Assembly (NCBI GenBank): GCA_018303545.1
Contig: JAGVXY010000009.1
Location: forward strand, 24,350-88,349
Reading direction: 5' to 3'
Length of the DNA: 64,000 bases
Source: Candidatus Woesearchaeota archaeon
Lineage (GTDB): Archaea > Nanobdellota > Nanobdellia > SCGC-AAA011-G17 > JAGVXY01
The number at the start of each line of letters is the position of its first letter. Within the stretch, counting starts at the first letter, position 1. Positions 17,185 to 27,574 of this stretch are shown here, in pieces. Below the pieces are notes generated by a model that saw nothing but the letters and a program-made list of their open reading frames with translations, did no database searches and was not told the DNA's origin. The position numbers and the translations under genes were made by a program.

Positions 17185-18951
17185 TTATTTCTTCGCTATA
17201 TCCAACTTTATATGCAAATCTTTCAGCATCTGCTTGTCGGGATCTGAAGGGCACCCATCCATAGGGCATTCCATTTTTTTATTTTTGGGAAATGCGTAAA
17301 CTTCTCTTATATCATCATAGCCCAACATAACCATCAATAACCTGTCAAAACCTGGTGCAATTCCACCATGAGGCGGAGCGCCATATCTGAAAGCTTCCAT
17401 CAAAAATCCAAATTGCTGTTCAGCATCTTCCATCGTCAAACCAATAACATCCATTACTCTTTGCTGCACATCTCTTCTGTTTATCCTTATGCTTCCAGAG
17501 CAAATCTCATATCCATTTATTACCATATCATATAATTTCCCTTTCACTTTTCCTGGATCTGTTTCTAATAATTCTAAATCCTCATCTCTTGGAGCAGTAA
17601 AAATGTGATGCATAGCAAGCCATCTCTCAGTATCATTATCCCATTCAAATAATGGAAAATCCGTAACCCAGCATATTTCAAAAGCATCCTTATTTATTAG
17701 ATTTAATTTCTTTCCTAAATGATTTCTTATCTGACCTAAAGCAGAGCAGGCAATTCTAAACTCATCAGCAACAAACAACAATAAATCGCCGTTTTTTGCA
17801 TTAGTATGTTTAATCAATTTAATTAGCAATTCTTCAGAAAAATATTTAGTAACAGAACTTTCTAATTTTCCGTTTGCCATTTTCATCCAGGCAAGACCTT
17901 TAGCCCTATAAACTTTGGCAACCTCTTCAAGTTCATCAATATCCTTCCTCGAAAATTCAGCACATTTTTTAACATTTAAGCACTTAACAACGCCTTTATT
18001 ATCTAAGGCTTGTTTGAAAACCCCAAAATTTGAATGCTTTACAATTTCAGAAACATCGCAAAGTTCTAAACCAAATCTTAAATCAGGTTTGTCAACGCCA
18101 TACTTATTCATTGCTTCATCATAGGTCATTCTTTTAAACGGAGTTTTGATCTCTGCATTTATTCCTTTCTTAAAGCATTCCTTCATGAGCCCTTCAACAA
18201 CCTGAAAAATATCTTCCTGTTCGGCAAAGCTCATTTCAATATCAATTTGTGTAAATTCCGGCTGTCTGTCTCCTCGATTATCTTCGTCTCTTAGGCATCT
18301 TGCGATTTGAAAATATCTGTCACATCCAGAAACCATTAATATTTGTTTGTATAATTGGGGTGACTGCGGCAAAGAATAAAACTTTCCCGGACTCACTCTA
18401 CTTGGTACAACAAAATCTCTTGCCCCCTCAGGGGTCGATCTAATCAATAAAGGGGTTTCAATCTCCAAAAATCCCTTAGATGATAAATATTCTCTTGCAG
18501 CCAAAGCAACTTTATGTCTGACAAGCAGATTCCTCTGCATCTCAGGCCTTCTCAAATCCAAGTACCTATATTTTAACCTTAAAAATTCATTTGCTAATTT
18601 TCTATCATCAATCTCAAAGGGTGGAACATCAGATTTATTTAATATCTCAAGTTCATCAGCAAACATCTCAACTTCACCAGTATCCATATTTGGATTTATC
18701 ATGCCTTTTTTTCTTTCTCTTAATTTACCTTTAACTTTAATGACAAATTCTCTTCCTAAATGTTCCGCTTCCTTGTGGAGCTTAGCTAAATGAGAAGGAT
18801 CAAAAACCACTTGGGTTAAACCATACCTATCCCTTAAATCGATAAAAATCACTCCGCCATGGTCTCTTCTGCTTTGAACCCATCCACAAAGAGTTATTGT
18901 TTTATTAATATCTTTTCTTCTTAATTCTCCACAGGTATTTGTTCTGAGCAT
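17185..18951 (-). CDS. aspS: Aspartyl-tRNA synthetase, bacterial type
   Basis: N-terminal anticodon-binding RTNTCGELRRKDINKTITLCGWVQSRRDHGGVIFIDLRDRYG. Class II motifs, 588 aa including the bacterial GAD insertion. Confidence 0.95.
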   Translation of the reverse strand: MLRTNTCGELRRKDINKTITLCGWVQSRRDHGGVIFIDLRDRYGLTQVVFDPSHLAKLHKEAEHLGREFVIKVKGKLRERKKGMINPNMDTGEVEMFADELEILNKSDVPPFEIDDRKLANEFLRLKYRYLDLRRPEMQRNLLVRHKVALAAREYLSSKGFLEIETPLLIRSTPEGARDFVVPSRVSPGKFYSLPQSPQLYKQILMVSGCDRYFQIARCLRDEDNRGDRQPEFTQIDIEMSFAEQEDIFQVVEGLMKECFKKGINAEIKTPFKRMTYDEAMNKYGVDKPDLRFGLELCDVSEIVKHSNFGVFKQALDNKGVVKCLNVKKCAEFSRKDIDELEEVAKVYRAKGLAWMKMANGKLESSVTKYFSEELLIKLIKHTNAKNGDLLLFVADEFRIACSALGQIRNHLGKKLNLINKDAFEICWVTDFPLFEWDNDTERWLAMHHIFTAPRDEDLELLETDPGKVKGKLYDMVINGYEICSGSIRINRRDVQQRVMDVIGLTMEDAEQQFGFLMEAFRYGAPPHGGIAPGFDRLLMVMLGYDDIREVYAFPKNKKMECPMDGCPSDPDKQMLKDLHIKLDIAKK

Positions 18952-18988
18952 ATTAGGTAATAAAAGGGAATTTACTTATATATAAATT

Positions 18989-19519
18989 TTACTTGCCCAA
19001 AGTCCTTAGAATCTTATCTTTAATCACTTTTATCGGCATTTTCGTCGTATCAATAACTAAATCGTAATTCTTAAAATCACAATAATCCACGTTGTATTTG
19101 CTCAGGAATCTTTTTCTTAATGAGTCATTTCTTTCTCTCAATTTATATTCCGCATCTTTTAGGCTTAAATAATGCTCTTCACTCCTGCCCTCTTTGAATA
19201 TTCTCTCCGCAGCAACTCGGTCAGAGACATCCAAAAAAATTTTAAAGGAATGCGGAATGAAAAAAAATGAAAGTCTTCCATCCATCACAAAATTATTTTC
19301 AATTTCTCCAAACCTTTTCTGTTTGTTGTCAATTTCATTGTCAATCTTAGGATCTTTATCTGCAAGCTTCCCAAGTTCATCAAAACTTAATCCTTTCTCT
19401 TTGGCTAGATCTCTGAAAAAATCCCCTGATGATTTATGTTTCAGTCCAAGTGATTTAGCAAGTTCTTTAGCAATTGTGCTTTTTCCGCTTCCATTCTTGC
19501 CGGATATAGTGATTATCAT
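18989..19519 (-). CDS. cmk: Cytidylate kinase, archaeal type
   Basis: MIITISGKNGSGKSTIAKELAK; about 176 aa. 4-bp overlap with tmk. Confidence 0.8.
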   Translation of the reverse strand: MIITISGKNGSGKSTIAKELAKSLGLKHKSSGDFFRDLAKEKGLSFDELGKLADKDPKIDNEIDNKQKRFGEIENNFVMDGRLSFFFIPHSFKIFLDVSDRVAAERIFKEGRSEEHYLSLKDAEYKLRERNDSLRKRFLSKYNVDYCDFKNYDLVIDTTKMPIKVIKDKILRTLGK

Positions 19520-20211
19520 CTTAATACATAAAATCCTGATTCAAGTTTCATAAATTTGCTTAAACTAGGATCAAAAGCCTCAATAACTTTAATTAATATA
19601 TCTCGAACTTCATTAATATTTCCTCTAGCATTAATCATAACAAATTTTTCATCATCAAATAAACTAGGTAATTTGTTATATCCTTCGAATGTTTTTCTCA
19701 TATCATCAGCCTTAGCCTCAAAAACATCAGCTTCATCATTTTTTTGGGCATATCTTCTTTTTGCGGCTTCATATGGATCAACATCCATAATGATATTTAA
19801 ATCTGGAATTGCTAAAAAAGCCTTATTTAAATTATGATATTGTTTGAATAAATTAACATCCAATCCCATTCTTTGTGTTTGATAAACTGCGGTAGAATCA
19901 TAATTCCTAGCCCCAATAACAATTTCTCCTAAATCTAATGCGGGCTGATATTCCACTTCATTTTTGTCGCGCCTATCTGCATAATATAGGCACATCGCCC
20001 CATACGCATCAACTTTTAATAACCCCTTAAGAAAAAGATCCCTTATTATATCTCGGCCAATAGTCCCTTTTTTCTTTGAGGGCTCTTCAAAACAGCTTAC
20101 CTTATAACCCTTATTTTCAAGATATTCTTTAAGCAAAACACTTTGAGTACTTTTACCATTTCCAGGTCCGCCTTCTAAGTTTATATATCTTAAATCAGGA
20201 TGTATTTTCAT
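19516..20211 (-). CDS. tmk: Thymidylate kinase
   Basis: INLEGGPGNGKSTQ P-loop and DRY-like ADRR. The likely start is the internal Met at 20211 (MKIHPDLRYINLEGG). Confidence 0.85.
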   Translation of the reverse strand: MKIHPDLRYINLEGGPGNGKSTQSVLLKEYLENKGYKVSCFEEPSKKKGTIGRDIIRDLFLKGLLKVDAYGAMCLYYADRRDKNEVEYQPALDLGEIVIGARNYDSTAVYQTQRMGLDVNLFKQYHNLNKAFLAIPDLNIIMDVDPYEAAKRRYAQKNDEADVFEAKADDMRKTFEGYNKLPSLFDDEKFVMINARGNINEVRDILIKVIEAFDPSLSKFMKLESGFYVLR

Positions 20212-20490
20212 TTTAATTAATATCGAAAAAACAAATTTATAATTATTATTATTATCAAAACTCACTATTAGAGTTAAAACTCAATGAATCTGTCTAAAAA
20301 AACTTCAAAACAACTAATTAAAACGTTAATAACCCAATTACAAGGGGCTAGGAACGTTAGGGAATATTTAAGAAACTAAATCAAAGGGCATGCACGAAAG
20401 CAGAACACTGAAAGAATTGTAAAAGCGCTTAAGAAAATCAAATACTTGTTTAACAAAATATTTAAATAATGCAAAAACAATTAAAGCTTC

Positions 20491-20778
20491 ATGAATCTAA
20501 TAACAGATATAAAATTAAAGAAATATTTTTCAATTACTGAAAAAGCATTAAAAAAAGCAAAAATCAAGATCCCAGAGAGAACGCACCTTCATGTCGTAGC
20601 GATGGACTTCTACAATATGGCTGAACTTTATTTCAATGATGCAAAGCACTTTGAGCAGAAAGGAAATCTAGTAAATGCATTCGCAGCCTTAAACTACGCT
20701 CACGGATGGTTAGACGCAGGTGCTAGACTAGGATTATTTGATGTCAAGCATGATTCTAAATTATTTACGGTTGATTAA
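20491..20778 (+). CDS. DUF357-like archaeal protein
   Basis: C-terminal LNYAHGWLDAGARLGL signature. Confidence 0.5.
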   Translation: MNLITDIKLKKYFSITEKALKKAKIKIPERTHLHVVAMDFYNMAELYFNDAKHFEQKGNLVNAFAALNYAHGWLDAGARLGLFDVKHDSKLFTVD

Positions 20779-21062
20779 TACAACCTTTTAAGAACTCCTG
20801 CATTCAAATCCTTTTTAAAATGTTTTTGGATTTGATTAATACTAGATTCATACTTTTCAGAAAATCTTTTATTAAAAATCCCAATGGAGTCTTCTAAACC
20901 GAATATACTGTCTCGAACATGAGAATCAATGCTATTAGAATACAAAAACATTTTCCATTGAATATCCCTAACGTATTCATCCAAACTTGCCTTAAAACCA
21001 AGCATCGCCTCGTCTAAAGACATAACCATCCATTTATATAATCCCAGAAAATATAAAAACAT
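20775..21062 (-). CDS. Hypothetical protein
   Basis: ORF only. Convergent with the upstream gene. Confidence 0.3.
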   Translation of the reverse strand: MFLYFLGLYKWMVMSLDEAMLGFKASLDEYVRDIQWKMFLYSNSIDSHVRDSIFGLEDSIGIFNKRFSEKYESSINQIQKHFKKDLNAGVLKRLY

Positions 21063-21144
21063 TTATCTCCTATAATATACATTGTTTGAAACAGATATTT
21101 TCAATCAATAATGCTTTTAAATCGCACCTATTTAATGAAGTTTA

Positions 21145-21858
21145 ATGGTAGACCAAATCAAAAAAAATGCTTCTAAAATGATGGAAGATCATAGTGCATT
21201 TGAAGATTCCCCATTTGCAAAAATTGTGCCAAATATTCTTAGCAAGGGAATCGACAATGTAAATCTATCTATGTTTGAAGAAGATAAAAGGAAACAGATT
21301 CTAAACACAGTAGGAGATTTTTGTTTAGAAAAAGGAAAATTAGCTGAAGCATTGAAAGCATTTTACAAAGCAGGTAATGGGGCAAAATTATCAAAAGTTG
21401 GAGATCAATTAAGAGATCTTGGTCGCTATGATCAAGCATTGGAAACTTATAATCTTGCCAAAGATTTCGGAAAGATTGAACGTTTGGGTGATTATTGTTA
21501 TAAGCAGGGCGACATGAGCAATGCTGCAAAAGCCTATGTATTCGTGAATAATGTTCAAAAAATAGTTCTTGTCGGGGAAGAATGTGTAAAAAGAGGAAGA
21601 TATGATTTGGCAATAGATATTTTTTACGATTCTGGAGACATGCCAAGATTAATCGCATTAGGTGAAAAATGTCTAAATGAAAATCAGCTTGTTCTTGCAG
21701 CAAAAGCATTTGAAATAGCAATGGATAAAGGCAAATTAAATGAGCTAGGAGATATTCTCCTAAAGAAAGGCGAATATGATGCAGCCTTAAAATCATACCA
21801 AAGGGCGAATAACCATCAAATGGTTGATTTCATAAGAGAAAATTTTCAGATTGTTTAA
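21145..21858 (+). CDS. Helical-repeat protein (six tandem 29-aa repeats)
   Basis: Repeats of the form G(K/R)(L/Y)(A/D)xAL(K/E)x(F/Y)...(K/R)LG(D/E), for example GKLAEALKAFYKAGNGAKLSKVGDQLRDL and GRYDQALETYNLAKDFGKIERLGDYCYKQ. Confidence 0.45.
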   Translation: MVDQIKKNASKMMEDHSAFEDSPFAKIVPNILSKGIDNVNLSMFEEDKRKQILNTVGDFCLEKGKLAEALKAFYKAGNGAKLSKVGDQLRDLGRYDQALETYNLAKDFGKIERLGDYCYKQGDMSNAAKAYVFVNNVQKIVLVGEECVKRGRYDLAIDIFYDSGDMPRLIALGEKCLNENQLVLAAKAFEIAMDKGKLNELGDILLKKGEYDAALKSYQRANNHQMVDFIRENFQIV

Positions 21859-21870
21859 TTAAGACCCATA

Positions 21871-22122
21871 ATGACAGAAAATAACTTAATCAGTTTAGTG
21901 TTGGAATCAAGGCATTGCGAAGGCAAAAAAGCAAAATTAACAGCGTATGATCAAACCGGATGGCAAATGGCAATATGCACCTGCGGTAAAGAATACTTGC
22001 ATGATAATGGTGCAATTGGGCAAGCATTAGGAAAAAAACCAACAGAAGAAATAACGATAGAAGAAATAAAAAATTACTCAGACAATTATTATTGCATTCC
22101 TCTAGCGATGTTTGAATCTTAA
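21871..22122 (+). CDS. Small Cys/His-containing hypothetical protein
   Basis: ORF only (83 aa; C16, C36, C38, C74). Confidence 0.3.
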   Translation: MTENNLISLVLESRHCEGKKAKLTAYDQTGWQMAICTCGKEYLHDNGAIGQALGKKPTEEITIEEIKNYSDNYYCIPLAMFES

Positions 22123-22125
22123 TTT

Positions 22126-22335
22126 TTATCTGCTTACAATCTCAATAGTAATAGGCATGGGCTGTATAATATAATTTTCTTCCTTAAGTCTGCCCAACGC
22201 CTCATAAACCTGCTGTTCGCCTATGCCAAACTCTCCAGCCTCAAATATAAGAGTTTCAGTAAGAATGCTATTTGTCCTCTGCGTCAACTTTTTTATTATG
22301 TTTTTTATAACTTCGTCCTCTTTCAAAATGCCCAC
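22126..22335 (-). CDS. Hypothetical small protein (GTG start in the ORF track)
   Basis: ORF only. The reported start codon is GTG. Confidence 0.3.
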   Translation of the reverse strand: MGILKEDEVIKNIIKKLTQRTNSILTETLIFEAGEFGIGEQQVYEALGRLKEENYIIQPMPITIEIVSR

Positions 22336-22442
22336 CTCTTTTTAAAATCAGAAAGTTCTGCTTGCTTTTGATTGTGGCAAAAAGGGCATGCAGGAAATTT
22401 AACATCAAAAAATCCCCCACAATCAGCACATTTTTTCCTCAT
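22323..22442 (-). CDS. Possible 39-aa zinc-ribbon ORF (CxxC-x10-CxxC)
   Basis: Hand-translated MRKKCADCGGFFDVKFPACPFCHNQKQAELSDFKKRWAF. Its 3' end overlaps the GTG start of 22126..22335. The upstream SD is weak. Confidence 0.25.
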   Translation of the reverse strand: MRKKCADCGGFFDVKFPACPFCHNQKQAELSDFKKRWAF

Positions 22443-22633
22443 CAGTTCAAGCCATCCCTCTTTTTTAAAACAAGAAAAATTCTTAAACTAATTAATGTTT
22501 TTTTCATTTATAAACATTAGGTTTATGTAATAAATATCTTTTAGTCCCTATTATAAAAAGCAATTTTTAGTAAGCATAAATATTTATAAAGAAATTTTTT
22601 GTGCAGTGGTGATTGATGTTTGTCATTCAATGA

Positions 22634-23506
22634 TTACAATGTTTTCTTCAAGGCAGCTATCGCAACTTCAATTTGGTCGTCTGTGGGCTGTCTAGTGGTA
22701 ATTTTCTGTACAAACAATCCAGGATAACTTAAGAATTTAGTGAATTTTCTCTTGCCTGCAAATTTTATTGTCTCATAAGACATTCCAGAAATTACTGGTA
22801 GCAATAAAAGCCTATACGCAAATTTTTCAAAAAAACTTAAATTCAAAGGCAAAAAAGAATAAACCACAACGCTCATTATCAAAACAATGATAATAAAACT
22901 TGTTCCACATCTTGGGTGTAATGTAGAATATTTCTTAACATTCTTAACTGTCAGTGGTTCTCCTGCTTCATAGCAGTAAACCGTCTTATGCTCGGCCCCA
23001 TGATACATAAAGACTCTTTTTACATCTTTCATAAAAGATATTGCAAACACATAACCTATGAACATTGAAATTTTTATTATTCCTTCCATACTATTAAAAG
23101 CCCAAGTATCCCTCAATAGCCCTAAATTATTATATATAAGCTGCGTAGCCAATAAAGGCAAAAATTTGAAAATGGCAATTGCAAAGATTAGTGCAAAAAA
23201 TATCGAGCCAAACAAAGGCCAGAAGCCAAAAGATTCTTTTTCTTTACTTTCCCCTTCATCGAGAGCCTTATTTGCAGAAAAGTTCAAAGCTTTTGTGCCT
23301 ATTACTAGCATATCAATCAACTGTATTACGCCTCGTAAAAATGGTAATTTTAATATCTTTGATTTATCTGCAAATGATTTTGTATCTTCAACCTTATATA
23401 CTAATTTCTTAGAAGGAAGTCTCACAACTATAGCTGTTTTTTTGGGAGAACGCATCATCACGCCTTCCATAACTGCCTGCCCCCCAATTAAATATTTTTC
23501 GCTCAT
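22634..23506 (-). CDS. DUF1385 family membrane protein (YqhQ-like)
   Basis: IGGQAVMEGVMMRSP N-motif, HGAEHK, multiple TM segments. The likely start is the internal Met (MSEKYLIGGQ). Confidence 0.75.
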   Translation of the reverse strand: MSEKYLIGGQAVMEGVMMRSPKKTAIVVRLPSKKLVYKVEDTKSFADKSKILKLPFLRGVIQLIDMLVIGTKALNFSANKALDEGESKEKESFGFWPLFGSIFFALIFAIAIFKFLPLLATQLIYNNLGLLRDTWAFNSMEGIIKISMFIGYVFAISFMKDVKRVFMYHGAEHKTVYCYEAGEPLTVKNVKKYSTLHPRCGTSFIIIVLIMSVVVYSFLPLNLSFFEKFAYRLLLLPVISGMSYETIKFAGKRKFTKFLSYPGLFVQKITTRQPTDDQIEVAIAALKKTL

Positions 23507-23605
23507 GGAAATTAAAATGGTAAACAATATTATATAAATGTTTTTAATTTATTAGAATGCATACTCCTGCTAATCAATAAAAAATAAAGAAATAGAAATT
23601 AAATT

Positions 23606-24406
23606 TTAAGCTTCAACCTTTGTCCAGCTAACATCAAACATGTCGCCCATTGCTTTTGCAAAGAAAGGCGAGCTTGCCCAAATGCCTACATCGTAGCTTT
23701 CATGCACTTCTGCATCATCATTCATCATGAAAACAACTTCCTTATTATCAATGACTGCAAATCTAGCATTAATTCTTCCGATATTCTTGACATCTGCGAC
23801 CTCTTTCAAAGACTTAACAGCTTCATCATTCTCTTTTGTGAATGGAGATATAATTTTTATCTTCACACCGCTAGTCTTAAGTTTTTTGAATTGTTTCTTG
23901 TACAGGTCATTTTTTCTGATTAAACCATTAGCGCTTGTGACTAAAAATATGCTTTTCTCTGCTCTATTGAACATTGATCTCAAGTGCTCATAGACATTTT
24001 CTCTGCCTTTCAAGGCACCAGAAACATTTGCAGGATCAACATTCTTTATGCCTTGCTTGTGCAGCAATTCCAATTCGGTATAAATCTCAGTATTTCTCAC
24101 AGTATCCAAAGAAGCAATATGCTCTTCAGTTCTCTTAGCCAAACTATTCTTTACTCTTGTAACTATCTCTTTAGGTTCAACCGCAAGATATTTGATAGGC
24201 TTGCCAAGCTTCATTACAATAAATCCCTTCTTCTCCAAAGACTCAAGAACATCATAGCTTCTTGACCTTGGAACAGAACTTATATCACTAAGTTCACCAG
24301 CTGTTGCAACACCTTTGGAAAGCAATGCAATCCAAATCTTGACTTCATAAATATTCAAATCAAATACACTTCTCAACTTTTTCAAAAAATCATTAGGTAC
24401 TAACAT
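23606..24406 (-). CDS. TrmB family transcriptional regulator
   Basis: N-terminal wHTH LNIYEVKIWIALLSKGVATAGELSDISSVPRSRSYDVLESLEKKGFI plus a C-terminal TrmB domain. Confidence 0.85.
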   Translation of the reverse strand: MLVPNDFLKKLRSVFDLNIYEVKIWIALLSKGVATAGELSDISSVPRSRSYDVLESLEKKGFIVMKLGKPIKYLAVEPKEIVTRVKNSLAKRTEEHIASLDTVRNTEIYTELELLHKQGIKNVDPANVSGALKGRENVYEHLRSMFNRAEKSIFLVTSANGLIRKNDLYKKQFKKLKTSGVKIKIISPFTKENDEAVKSLKEVADVKNIGRINARFAVIDNKEVVFMMNDDAEVHESYDVGIWASSPFFAKAMGDMFDVSWTKVEA

Positions 24407-24529
24407 TTTTCATATCCTCCTGCATTCTACCCCTTCAAGCACATTAGACTAAGAACTAATATTTAAACCTTTCGGTTTTGTTGTATCTGTTCAGTAGTAA
24501 TATGAAAAAAGAAATTTTTAAGAAACAGG

Positions 24530-26080
24530 CTATAAAACCCTATTCTTTGATAGTCTATGCGCAATGGCTAAAATAACTACCAATCCCGCTATTATACCTG
24601 CTACAATGTACAAGCCCTCCTGTATTTCTTGTAGATTCGCTGAAAATAGAACTACTTTCCTTAATATATTGTCTCCTAATACATAGGGATTAAATTCTAC
24701 ATATGTTCTTATTTTAATAGGTATGCTCTCCAAAGGTAATATAGCATTAGAAAATATCAAAAAGATGCAACCTAAGCAAATCGATGCTAAAGTCGAACCT
24801 TCTTCAGACCCCGAAACATTTCCAATAACCATGCCTAAAAGTATAAACATAGTTGAAAGAGCAAGAACGGCTAATGCAGTTAAAGGAAGTATTGTAAAAA
24901 TCTGTTCCTTAAAGAATATCCAGCTTACAGAAAATATGATAATAAGTTGCACAAAAACAATAAGCAAATTAGTCAAAAAAGTGGAAAAAACAAAAAGGAA
25001 ATCTGAAGTGGGCGTAATAAAATTTCTGAAGTAAGAAGAAGATATCTTTTCTCTTATCACAACTAAAGATGAAAGTAACAATGAAACAAACATAACGACG
25101 ATTAAAAGTAACGTGGGGAATAAATAATTCAAATTCGTTTTCTGTTCTGTTATCGGATGCATTGTTGTTGAAATTGGGTTCGCAATGCTTGCCGCATTTG
25201 TAACTGCAATTGAATCTATGTTTGCATTTATGCCTGTAAGCCCATTCCTTATCTCGGTAATTTGAGTAGATGCAGAATCCACGCTGCTGGTAACTGCCTC
25301 AAAAGAAGCCAATAAACTTGAAGTAGTCGTCGCAGCATTTGTAAGTTTAGCATTTAATGCATTATAATCTGCTTCCAATGTGGCAATATTTGTATTTATT
25401 GAACTTATATCACTGCTACTCAAATTTTTGCTTGAAGCCAATGAACTTAGTTGACCTGAAACAGTTGAGAAAAGCGCAGCATTTGCCCCTGCGGTAAAAT
25501 TCATTAAACCAAGATTCTCTTTGGCTGCTGTTGCGCTTGATTTTACTTGACTATTAGACGTCAATAATCCTTCCAATGCAGTTAATTGGGAAAAAACTGT
25601 ATTTTTAGAACTCAATAAAACATTTATTATGTTATTGGTCATATCTAAGCTTAATTGATTCGAAGTTCCAGAAATTTTATCATTTATAGTGCTTGTAATT
25701 AACGAGGCCAAATTTTTCCTTGAATCATCCACATATATATCCAAATTCTTTGTTGCAAAATTATCCACACTCAAACCAGGCGGAAAAATAACGCAAATAT
25801 GATATTCTTCAACCTTAATACCTGACATGCATGACGCAGCATCGTTTACCTTTATTACTTTATAATTCTCAGATTGTAAACTCATAACAATTGAGTCAGC
25901 AAGACTAGAATACTGATCCGAATAGCATGCAATTTTGATATCTGAAACACCAGTGGAACTAAAAGCAGTCCCAACGAGGAATATTAGTAATAATGGGCCT
26001 AAGAGCAATATGAGGGAAGTAATTTTTGATCTAAACAAAAGAGTGATATTTCGACCCATTAACACAAGTAATTTCATCAT
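24530..26080 (-). CDS. ABC-2 family permease with large extracellular low-complexity domain (YhgE/Pip-like)
   Basis: N-terminal TM, an S/T/N/A-rich coiled region of about 250 aa, C-terminal multi-TM block. Adjacent to the ATPase gene. Confidence 0.7.
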   Translation of the reverse strand: MMKLLVLMGRNITLLFRSKITSLILLLGPLLLIFLVGTAFSSTGVSDIKIACYSDQYSSLADSIVMSLQSENYKVIKVNDAASCMSGIKVEEYHICVIFPPGLSVDNFATKNLDIYVDDSRKNLASLITSTINDKISGTSNQLSLDMTNNIINVLLSSKNTVFSQLTALEGLLTSNSQVKSSATAAKENLGLMNFTAGANAALFSTVSGQLSSLASSKNLSSSDISSINTNIATLEADYNALNAKLTNAATTTSSLLASFEAVTSSVDSASTQITEIRNGLTGINANIDSIAVTNAASIANPISTTMHPITEQKTNLNYLFPTLLLIVVMFVSLLLSSLVVIREKISSSYFRNFITPTSDFLFVFSTFLTNLLIVFVQLIIIFSVSWIFFKEQIFTILPLTALAVLALSTMFILLGMVIGNVSGSEEGSTLASICLGCIFLIFSNAILPLESIPIKIRTYVEFNPYVLGDNILRKVVLFSANLQEIQEGLYIVAGIIAGLVVILAIAHRLSKNRVL

Positions 26081-26082
26081 CT

Positions 26083-27267
26083 TTATTCGTCTCCAAAAAG
26101 GCCTTTCTTCTTAGGTCCTTCTTCCTTCATTTCATCTTTCATCATTTCTATCTCTTTCTTTTTCATCAAATCACTATCAAAAAAGCCATCATCCTCTTTT
26201 TTTGCAGGTCCGAAAATAGCGCTCTTAAAAATAGCGACCTTAACCTGTCTTAAATAATCCTTAAGCTTAACCCACCTGCTCAGCTCTTGTGGGGCCTTAT
26301 CTACAATTTTTGATTCATCAAGATGTATACCCTTAATGGTCAATGCCTTAAATATTTCCTGCAAGGTAGGTCTATTCAGTTCTAAATTTAATAATGCCAT
26401 ACCTTCGCTGTCAATAAAACTTAATAATCCCCTTAGTGTGAGTTTTGAACTTTCAGTAAATATAGTCAAGGAATTTGCCTTCTTTGTTATATTCTTAACT
26501 TTGAACTTGGGATTTTTTAAATATGTAATCATACGCTTGTAATCTGCAGGAGCAGTTTCAAGCATTATCTCTTCACTCTTTGTATATAATTGCCTCAATT
26601 CATCAGGTGTTCCTGAAACCAAAATCTTGCCTTCGTGCAATATTGCCAGTCTTGTGCATATCAATTCCATATCTGCAAGCAAATGCGAAGTTATTACCAC
26701 CGTTGTACCCGTTTCATTTATTTTCTTTATCAGCAATAAAATTTCATTTCTTAGATGTGGGTCTAAATCTTCAGTAGGCTCATCTAAAATAAGAATCTCT
26801 GGTTTATGCAGCATTGAGCAAGTAATATCAAGCCTTCTTTTCATTCCTTTTGAAAGATCTTTTGCTTTATTCTTTGCAGCATAATCTAATTCCATAAATT
26901 TCAATAGTTCATCCGCTCTCTTTGCCGCATTCTTCTTACTTAATCCATAAAGTTGACCAAAATATAATAAATTCTCCCTCACAGTTAAATTCTCATAGAA
27001 TGAACCTTCTTGTGTTGCAAAACCAAATCTCGATTTTACGCTACTTTGGTTTTTAGAAACATTTGTAAATTTGAAAAAAACTTTTCCCGAATCAGGCTGT
27101 AAAAACCCAATAAGAATATTCAATAAAGTTGTCTTTCCCGCACCAGAAAGTCCTATTATCCCAAATCTTTCACCGGGCTGAACTTGTAAATCCACCCCAT
27201 CGAGGACCTTTTTGTCTCCAAACCTCTTTTTTACATTGACAAAATTTAAAAACGTTGCATCAGGCAT
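26083..27267 (-). CDS. ABC transporter ATP-binding protein with C-terminal extension
   Basis: GLSGAGKTTLLNIL, signature LSKGMKRRLDITCSML, Walker B ILILDEPTEDLD. Confidence 0.85.
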   Translation of the reverse strand: MPDATFLNFVNVKKRFGDKKVLDGVDLQVQPGERFGIIGLSGAGKTTLLNILIGFLQPDSGKVFFKFTNVSKNQSSVKSRFGFATQEGSFYENLTVRENLLYFGQLYGLSKKNAAKRADELLKFMELDYAAKNKAKDLSKGMKRRLDITCSMLHKPEILILDEPTEDLDPHLRNEILLLIKKINETGTTVVITSHLLADMELICTRLAILHEGKILVSGTPDELRQLYTKSEEIMLETAPADYKRMITYLKNPKFKVKNITKKANSLTIFTESSKLTLRGLLSFIDSEGMALLNLELNRPTLQEIFKALTIKGIHLDESKIVDKAPQELSRWVKLKDYLRQVKVAIFKSAIFGPAKKEDDGFFDSDLMKKKEIEMMKDEMKEEGPKKKGLFGDE

Positions 27268-27328
27268 TTATATAAGTGGAATGATTTTTCTATTTATAAG
27301 CTTTTCTTATTAAAAAAACTTAGAAGTA

Positions 27329-27574
27329 TTATAGATATTTTTTTCTATGCCTAATTTCAATTATAAATATTGTTAGTTTATTTTCTTTTATATCTAAGAT
27401 TAAACGGTATTCTCCAACTCTTAATCTAAAATATGGTGAGTTAACAAGTCTTAAGATATAAGAGTAAGGCCGTATTTTTATTCTTTCTAAAGTAGAAATG
27501 ATTCTTTTTTGAACTTCTCGATTAAATTTGTAAAACTGTTTTTCAGCAGTTTCGGAGAATTCAAAAGAATACAT
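27329..27574 (-). CDS. RelE/ParE family toxin
   Basis: RLRVGEYRLILDIKENKLTIFIIEIRHRKKYL C-terminal signature. Confidence 0.75.
   Translation of the reverse strand: MYSFEFSETAEKQFYKFNREVQKRIISTLERIKIRPYSYILRLVNSPYFRLRVGEYRLILDIKENKLTIFIIEIRHRKKYL

Noticed and set aside
20284-20410. Relatively GC-richer intergenic patch upstream of the DUF357 gene as a possible small RNA or C/D-box sRNA
   Set aside because: No C box (RUGAUGA) and no convincing stem structure were found. Only a 31-aa ORF with no features is present. I cannot support this from sequence alone.
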